DNA of 63,890 nucleotides, filler included, from Octopus bimaculoides (Eukaryota): the NCBI RefSeq assembly GCF_001194135.2. It is 9 parts of 9 records of this genome, joined end to end, with 100 filler letters (N's around TTAATTAATTAA, not from the genome) between each part and the next. Parts side by side here need not be neighbours in the genome. Positions count along the whole stretch, not along the records: positions 60,727 to 62,702 come from NC_069004.1; positions 62,803 to 63,890 come from NW_026364888.1; 7 more parts are not named here. One strand, written 5' to 3'. The notes under the pieces are model-generated. The model did no database searches and was not told the DNA's origin. It worked only from the letters and a program-made list of their open reading frames with translations. Each line of letters starts with the position of its first letter. Positions within the stretch are counted from its first letter, which is position 1. A program made the translations under genes and the position numbers. This document shows positions 62,625-63,890 of this stretch, piece after piece.

Positions 62625-62702
62625 AGAAATATAACAAAAGACTGTTGTCCGACGAACGGGAACGTGAAACTCCGAGTAACAGTTTTTTGTTATTATATTT
62701 CT
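62625..62702 (+). ncRNA. Type I hammerhead-like motif H7 within a long hairpin
   Basis: AGAAATATAACAAAAGACTGTTGT-CCGACGA-ACG/GGAA/CGT-GAAA-CTC-C-GAG-TA-ACAGTTTTTTGTTATTATATTTCT: ~20-bp extended stem I, palindromic stem III, GUA triplet, C at core position 4. Confidence 0.55.
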
Positions 62703-63249
62703 NNNNNNNNNNNNNNNNNNNNNNNNNNNNNNNNNNNNNNNNNNNNTTAATTAATTAANNNNNNNNNNNNNNNNNNNNNNNNNNNNNNNNNNNNNNNNNN
62801 NNGGAGAGTTATAGTATGAAGTGAGAGTGAGTGTGATGCACTGAAAAAAGAATGAAAGAAAGAACAGTACTAGGAGTGTAGTTTCATTCCAGTAGTAAGT
62901 ATCTGTGTAAAGTAATCCTTGTAGGAATTTTCCGGAGATAGTTGCTGCAACAAAGGCTGAAATAGCAGAGGTGGATATATGCCATATTGTGTCCGAGGTA
63001 TATTGCTTGTGTTTACTTGAAGGATATCCCAAATCAAGTGAGAGATGTGTGTAGGGTAAATAGGTCAAGTCTTAAAGACAGAATGGGAAGGGGATAGAGG
63101 AATGATTCCGGTGGGGGGTGGTAGTGGTATTTAAAAAATTTTTTTTTTGTGGTCAGTTAATCTGACTGGACAGAGAGGATGAGTATTGTGAGGGAAGGAG
63201 GAAGGGGGGATGAGGTTAAATGGTTTAGTGAAAAAAAATAATAATAAAG

Positions 63250-63785
63250 TATACCTGCAAGCCTTCAAGCAGGCTATCCACATGCTAGAAATAACAGTCA
63301 AATCTCACAAAACTGCGATAACATAATGAAAGAAATATGTAATCAATCTCCTCACCTTTCTGCAAAGATTTCTTTCAGAGTAATTTCCTGCAGTAATATG
63401 ACAAAGTAATTCATGTGAAATTAAAGAGGGTTTCTTTTTTTAAACTTTTTTTAAAACTTTTTTCGACCTTTTTTTTTTCAATCTACGTTGGAAAATACGG
63501 AGATAAAGAATATGGAAAAAAACACAAATTCAAATTTTAATTTCAAATTTTTTATGAAAATCTCTGATCCAAAATCCCCCCCTCCCCTCCGTGTCATCCC
63601 GCTGCCTAAAAATGAATGGTTGTTTTGTCTATTTCACATGAATTACTTTGTCATATTAATGCGGGAAATTACTCTGAAAGAAATCGTTGCAGAAAGGTGA
63701 TTGATTACATTAGATTATCAGAGTTTTATGAGATTTGGCTGTTATTTCTAGCGTGTGGTTAGCCTGCTTAAAGGCCTGAGGTATA
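63250..63785. mobile_element. MITE-like element with ~170-bp TIRs and TA ends
   Basis: 63250-63421 is the reverse complement of 63631-63785 (TATACCT termini; GCTAGAAATAACAG; TTCTTTCAGAGTAATTTCC; ATATGACAAAGTAATTCATGTGAAAT). Confidence 0.85.
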
Positions 63786-63794
63786 TATATATAT

Positions 63795-63890
63795 TACTCT
63801 TTTACGTGTTTCAGTCATCTGACTGTGGCCATGATGGAGCACAGCGTTTAGTCGAGCAAATCGACCCCAGGACTTATTCTTTGGAAGCCT
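63795..63890 (-). mobile_element. SINE family A tail, cut by the window edge
   Basis: TTTCAGTCATCTGACTGTGGCCATG...GTCGAGCAAATCGACCCCAGGACTTATTCTT. Confidence 0.9.

Noticed and set aside
228-63700. Long ORF-track entries rich in X, or in YI/HT/CV/M/F/S runs
   Set aside because: They are translations of N gaps and microsatellites, with no splice or homology support.

Overview
Eukaryotic, repeat-saturated, gapped short-read scaffold. The tRNA-derived SINE families, RTE/CR1 LINE remnants and very high (TA)n/(CA)n/(GAT)n density point to a coleoid cephalopod, most likely Octopus (inference from repeat content). There are no prokaryotic features, and almost all ORF-track entries are microsatellite or N-gap artefacts. 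Supported content: (1) a sparse plus-strand protein-coding gene of unrecognised family, with phase-compatible exons at 19641-19771, 31372-31612, 34199-34353 and 40871-40932 and weaker candidates at 29650-29670 and 43589-43632; it lies in a visibly CpG-depleted block. (2) Four SINE families in dozens of copies. (3) Decayed RTE, CR1, Gypsy, mariner, hAT and a long-TIR Tc1 (probably DD37E) element. (4) Several long inverted-repeat (foldback) elements. (5) A composite minisatellite block with a telomere-like core. The most notable signal is seven hammerhead-ribozyme-like folds in Penelope-like repeats. They include a three-copy family sharing a non-canonical CUGU core, one fold with a ~95-nt extended stem II, and one with a CCGACGA core inside a long stem I. 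Catalytic activity is untested.
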